DNA of 63,113 nt, counting the filler, from Chiloscyllium plagiosum (Eukaryota), in assembly GCF_004010195.1 (NCBI RefSeq). It is 3 parts of one record of this genome, joined end to end, with 100 filler letters (N's around TTAATTAATTAA, not from the genome) between each part and the next. Parts side by side here need not be neighbours in the genome. Positions count along the whole stretch, not along the records: positions 47,922 to 63,113 come from NC_057717.1; 2 more parts are not named here. The stretch is one strand, 5' to 3'. Made by a program: the position numbers and the translations under genes. The notes under the pieces are model-generated. The model saw only the letters and a list, made by a program, of their open reading frames with translations, made no database searches and was not told where the DNA came from. How positions within the stretch are numbered: position 1 is the first letter of the stretch; each line of letters begins with the position of its first letter. Below are positions 58,198-63,113 of this stretch, one piece after another.

Positions 58198-58890
58198 GAG
58201 GAGAAAGTGGGGACTACAGATGCTGGAGATCAGAGTCGAAGAATGCGGTGCTGGAAAAGCACAGTCAGGCAGCATACTAAGAGCAGATAAATCGATGTTT
58301 TGGGCATAAGCCTTTCATCAGGAATGAAGCTTATGGGCCAAGGTGACTGAGAGATAAACGAGAAGAGGGTGCGGCAGGGGGGAGGTAGCTGGGATTGCGA
58401 TAGGTAGATGAAGTTGGGCTTGAATGTGATAGGTGATGAAGGGAGACAGAACGCCTCATCTACTGCATCCATTAAACCCAATGTAATCTTTTCTACATTG
58501 GCGAGGCAGGAGGTCAACTTGTAAAACATTTCAGGGAACATCTCTGGGATAGCCACATTGAACGACACCATCGCCTTGTGGCTGAGCACTTTAACTCCTC
58601 TTCCCACTCTGCCAAGGACAAGAGAGTACTGGGCCTGCTCCATGGGCAAACCCGAGCCACCAGAGGCCTGGAGGAAGAAAGCCTCCTCTTCTGCCTTGGG
58701 ACCCTCCAACCACAGGGGATCATAGTGGATTTCACCATTTCCCCATTTCTCCTAATTGCACCTGATCTCGCTCCAACCTTCCAAGTCAGCACCGCCCTTT
58801 TGAATGTTCCTACGTGTCCACCTTCCTTCCTGTCAATCTGGTCCACCCTCCTCTCCTACTATCACTTTCAACCCCACCTTCATCTATCTA
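58198..58890 (+). mobile_element. Penelope-like element: inverted pseudo-LTR arm followed by a GIY-YIG fragment
   Basis: Arm GATGCTGGAGATCAGAGTCG..TTTTGGGCATAAGCCTTTCATCAGGAATG (degenerate hammerhead on the minus strand), then FYIGEAG..HFREHLWD..VAEHFNSSSHSAKD..LEEESLLFCLGTLQPQG. Confidence 0.75.
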
Positions 58891-58899
58891 TTAGATGAA

Positions 58900-61800
58900 A
58901 GGAAGCAGCTTAGAAAAATGCCAAATGTTGCAATGAGCCAGTGGATTCAGAGAAATGTAGGTCCCAGCAAAGGATGACCAAGAAATTGAGAAGAAAATCA
59001 AAAAGAGAAAAAGCATACAAACGAAAGAAAAAACATAAAGACGGCTAAAAAGCGTCTATCAATGTATGAAAAAAAAATAAAAGCAAGGTCAAATGTGGAA
59101 CAGTTGGTGCGCGTTCAGGATAATTTATTGCCGAAAACAGAGAAATCGCAGGGAAAAGAAACAGTTTATTTGTGTCTATCTTCATGGAAGAATGTCCAGA
59201 AATTCTACCAGAAATACCAAGTGACCATGGGACTTGTGCAAGTAAAATCTACGATCATTCTTATCAGTGTTGGGGTCATCTTTGAAAAGAAAGCTGGATT
59301 GAGTATTTATAAATCTGACAAACTAGATGCACATCACACAAGAATTTCAGAGGAAACAGCAATAGACATGATGATTGCATCGCGGATTTTTACTTTATTT
59401 TCCGACACATTCCCGAAAGGCATCTAGCCAATCTGGACAAGGCAAAGGTTATAAATATTATCCACCAGTTTAAGAAAGGATGAATTTGGAGAGTGGTGAA
59501 CGACAGACCACTTATCTTGTCATTCACAGTCAGGTGTCTGTTGGACTCGATTACAAAGAACATGCTACTAGAATATCGTGGGATTCTTCATGCTCTCGCC
59601 TACTTGTACTTCTCCATGTCCTTCTGTTATTCAGTCCTCTCTATGTTTCTAAGTTTCACATTCAGGGATGTGCGTCGAAGCACACTCTGAGGTTCCCAGT
59701 GTGTTGCCATTCATTGAGTCCTCCCCTGCCTGGTTCCTTTTCCCAAAGTGCATCACCTCAATTTTATCAGGGTTACATTCCATCTGCCATTGATCTGCCC
59801 ATCTGATCATTCCATCTGCATTATCCTGTAACTTAAGGCCTTCCTCCTCACTGCTAACAACCCATCCAATCTTTATGTCAAACATGCACTTACATATCAC
59901 ACCTCCCCCACTCTCCACCTCGCCCCCTCCACATTCACATGTATTTTTTTAATGAATAACACAAACGATAAGGGACAAGCACTGATCCCTGTGGTACACC
60001 AGGGGACACTGGTCTCCAGTCACACAAACTGCCTTGTCCCACCACCCTCTGCCTCCTGCCACTAAGACAATTTTCGTTGTAACTTGTCAAGTTATCCTTC
60101 ATATTATGAGATTTTACTTTATTTTTCAGTTTCCCAGCTGGAAATTTGTCAAAGGCCTTCCTACAAAACTAAACAATTGACCTCCTCAAACTAATTTAAT
60201 CAAATCCATTAGATGTGACTTCCTTCTGATAAAGTCATGATGATTATCCCTGATCAAACCTTGTGACTCTGATTGGAGTTCGATTTTCCCCTTCCCTATT
60301 TTCTCCAGCAGTTTCCTTAACAGTGATCGAATACTCGCTCGTCTATAGTTCCCTGGTCTATCTCTCCCACCCTTACTGTGAAATGGAATCGTATTCGCAG
60401 TGCTCCAGTTCTCTGGCACCTCCCCTATGGTCAGATGCTAATTAAAATATTCAGTCAGGGTCTTTCCTCCCTTGCCCCAACAGTCGACTGTGATACAACT
60501 CATTCAGACATGGAGATTGGTTTAAATTTATACAGAACAAAGCCTCAAATCCAATCTCGTATTTTACATCGATCTGTTCAAGAGATTTCCAGTCCATCTT
60601 CTTGAATTCTGTACCTGCCTCCTCCTTCTCCCAAGTAAAATAGATGTGAAGGTCTCATGTAACAATCCATCAATGTTCTCCAACTTGACACACCGATTGC
60701 CCCTTTGGTTTCTAATGGACACTAACTGTTTGATGATTATTCTCTTCTACTTTCTAATACCAGGAAAACCAAGTCTGGTGTGGGAAAATTATAGAGTACA
60801 TGGAACATAGAACATAGTAATCAAATTTTTTAGGATAAATTATTGGGGCTGAAAATAATGGTCGTAGACAACTAACATAAATTTATGAAATGGGAATTAT
60901 GTTTGAGAAGCAGACTGGGAGACAAATGAAAGAGAAGATGGTCATGGTTGATAAAGGTCAGTCACCCCAGCTCCAGGACAAGTCTGTAGGAGTCCTCCGA
61001 GCAGTGGCCTAGGCCCAAGCATCTTCAGTGCTGCTTGATCAATGACCTTCCCTCTATAATAATGTCAGAAGTGGGGATGTTCGCCAATGATTGCACCATG
61101 TTCATCAACATTAGTGGCTCCTCAGATACTGAAGCAATCCATATCCAAATGCGACAGGATTTGGACAGTATTCAGGCTGACAAGTGGCAAGTAATATTGA
61201 TGCCACACAAATGCCAGACCGTGGCATCACCACTAATATGCAATGTAACACGGCCCCTTGTCATTCAATGGTGTTACTATCACTGAATCCACAGTGGACT
61301 GCAGCGGTTCAACAAGGCAGCTCACCACCACTTTTTCAAGGGCAACCAGGGACAGGCAATAAATGCTGGCCCAGCCAGTCACACCCAGATTCAGGAAATA
61401 AATATTATTTTAAAAAAGAAATAACAGAGGAAGGTTGTTGAGTTATCACAGGGATCGGTGCTCAGGTCCCAGCTGTTCACAATACCATTAAACATTTGGT
61501 TGCGGAAATCAAATACAATATTTCCAAACCTGCTGACAAAACTAAAGGATGTTGGATTGTGAGTGGGTGAGGAGGTTGCAAAAAAGCTTCAAGGTGACTA
61601 AGACAAGTGGAGTGATTGGGCAAATATGTGGCAGATGGAGAGCAATGTGGGTAGAGGTGACGGTGTGCCCTTTGGTGGGAACAATAGATTGGAAGCCTAT
61701 CATTTGAAAAGGGATTATTTGAAAGGTGTTGATCTACAAAGGGACGCATGCTCCTTTTTGTTGTTTCCTTCTGCGCAGTCCTCCGAGGTCCCTGCAGTGC

Positions 61801-62580
61801 AGTGAGGTCTGAACCCAGAAGTCAATACTGGTAATGGCATTGGCACACCTGACCAGTGAACATAGTCCCACCAAGTGGGAAGCTGTAACATTGCAAAGGA
61901 TCTGGATCTCCCTGTAGACTAGTCACTGAAAGCAATATTGCAGGAGCAGAACGCAGTTAGGAAGGTAAATGGAGTGTTGACCTTCATTCAGGCGGATTTG
62001 AGTCCAGGTGTAAGGGTGTCTCACTGCAGCTGTACAGGGACTTCGTGCGACCCCAGTATTGTGCAGTATTGTGTGCAGGTTTGGTCTCCTTACCTAATAA
62101 AGGACAAACCTGACATTGAGGGAGAACAGAGAAAGATGACAAGACCGATCTTTGTGATGACAGGCTTGTTGTGGAAGCAGTCTTGGGGGCGACTTGGCCT
62201 GTATTCCATGGGATTTAGGAAAATGGTTGGAGATATCAGTGAGATATATAAATCTCTGACAGGGTGAGACAGATTGGAAGCAGGGATGATAATTCCCCAG
62301 GCTGTGGTGTCTAAAACAGAGGGGCCACAGTATTAGATACAGACAGGCCATTCTGCAATGAGATGACCATAAATGTCTGCCCTCAGAGACTGGTGAACCT
62401 GGGGAATACACTCGAACCTGGAAGCCAAGCCACTGAATATAAATAAGGATTTAGAGACAGTAGAGATATGATGGGAGGACAGGAGAACGATGTGGAAATA
62501 AAGGGTAAGCCATCATTATATTGAATTGGCTAGCAAACTCGATGGATTAAAGAGACTACTGCACTTCCTAATTTATAGTT
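58900..62580. mobile_element. Mosaic of decayed CR1/LINE fragments on both strands
   Basis: MPENWSTANTIPFHSKGGRDRPGNYR (60186-60419, -), WADQWQMECNPDK (59649-59918, -), INDLPS..MFANDCT (61035, +) and QYCVQVWSPYL (61938, +). Confidence 0.65.
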
Positions 62581-62985
62581 TCCCAAGGTTACTCACAATT
62601 GCGTGAGATAAGTGCATTGCAGAGATGTTTGAACTCGAACGACAATGAGGAAGTCTCAATGTGTTGTATGGCCCACTCCATTCCTGATGTTTCTGTGCAG
62701 TCTGTGGGACAGCTCTGTAAATGCTGTCACTAGCTCTCAGATGTTAGGATGGAGGTCTCTGCAGTGTCAACAGGACTGTGTTTCCCGTTCCCTTTTTTCG
62801 ATACTGAGGCTGGGGCCGGGTGTTCTGTCTGGGTTTATCCTTTTAGATCTCGGAGCAGTTTGATACAATAGAGTGTCTTGCTTGGCTGATTCAGAGATCA
62901 TTGAAAAGTTTTATCACATGTCTATGTGTCTGCAGTCATAGATAATCATAGATAACAAACAGCAATGGGCCCAGCCTCCAGTCCA

Positions 62986-63113
62986 GGTAAAAACAATGAC
63001 TGCAGATGCTGGAAACCAGATTCTGGATTAGTGGTGCTGGAAAAGCACAACAGTTCAGGCAGCCTCCGAGGAGCAGTAAAATCGACGTTTCAGGCAAAAG
63101 CCCTTCATCAGGA
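62986..63113 (-). mobile_element. Penelope-derived pseudo-LTR arm (cut by the window end)
   Basis: GGTAAAAACAATGACTGCAGATGCTGGAAACCAGATTCTGGAT.. is the same family as 39512-39658. Confidence 0.75.
63082..63113 (-). ncRNA. Minimal type I hammerhead ribozyme motif with intact catalytic core
   Basis: Minus strand TC-CTGATGA-A-GGGC-TTTT-GCCT-GAAAC-GTC-GA: CUGAUGA and GAAA boxes, 4-bp stem II, palindromic ACGU in place of stem III and a GUC cleavage site. Confidence 0.65.

Noticed and set aside
56570..58200. Possible third GPCR exon 1 downstream of the third satellite array
   Set aside because: I found no match to the conserved upstream 24-mer or the YYPxLA exon after 57310.

Overview
Repeat-dense vertebrate genomic DNA, very probably shark. 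This is inferred from the HE1/V-SINE-type SINEs, the CR1 LINE tails and the Penelope-like element families. There are four assembly gaps. The only host-gene coding sequence I can support is two paralogous, same-strand first exons of a GPR139/GPR142-like rhodopsin-class GPCR (14157-14334 and 40108-40285). Each sits in an old duplicated block: a 42-bp satellite derived from a LINE tail, a conserved upstream region, exon 1 and a homologous intron 1. No matching TM2-TM7 exon is visible anywhere in the window. The rest is fossil mobile DNA: Gmr1-like Gypsy LTR elements (integrase before RT), a class I (gamma-type, ERV3/HERV-I-like env) endogenous retrovirus remnant with an intact 3' LTR, Penelope-like elements and their foldback derivatives carrying minimal hammerhead-ribozyme motifs, Harbinger transposase and Myb/SANT fossils, and many CR1 and V-SINE copies. 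A recent ~4.4-kb direct duplication and a ~1.6-kb inverted paralogous contig occupy 41.5-56 kb. All calls come from reading and translating by eye, and mobile-element boundaries are approximate.
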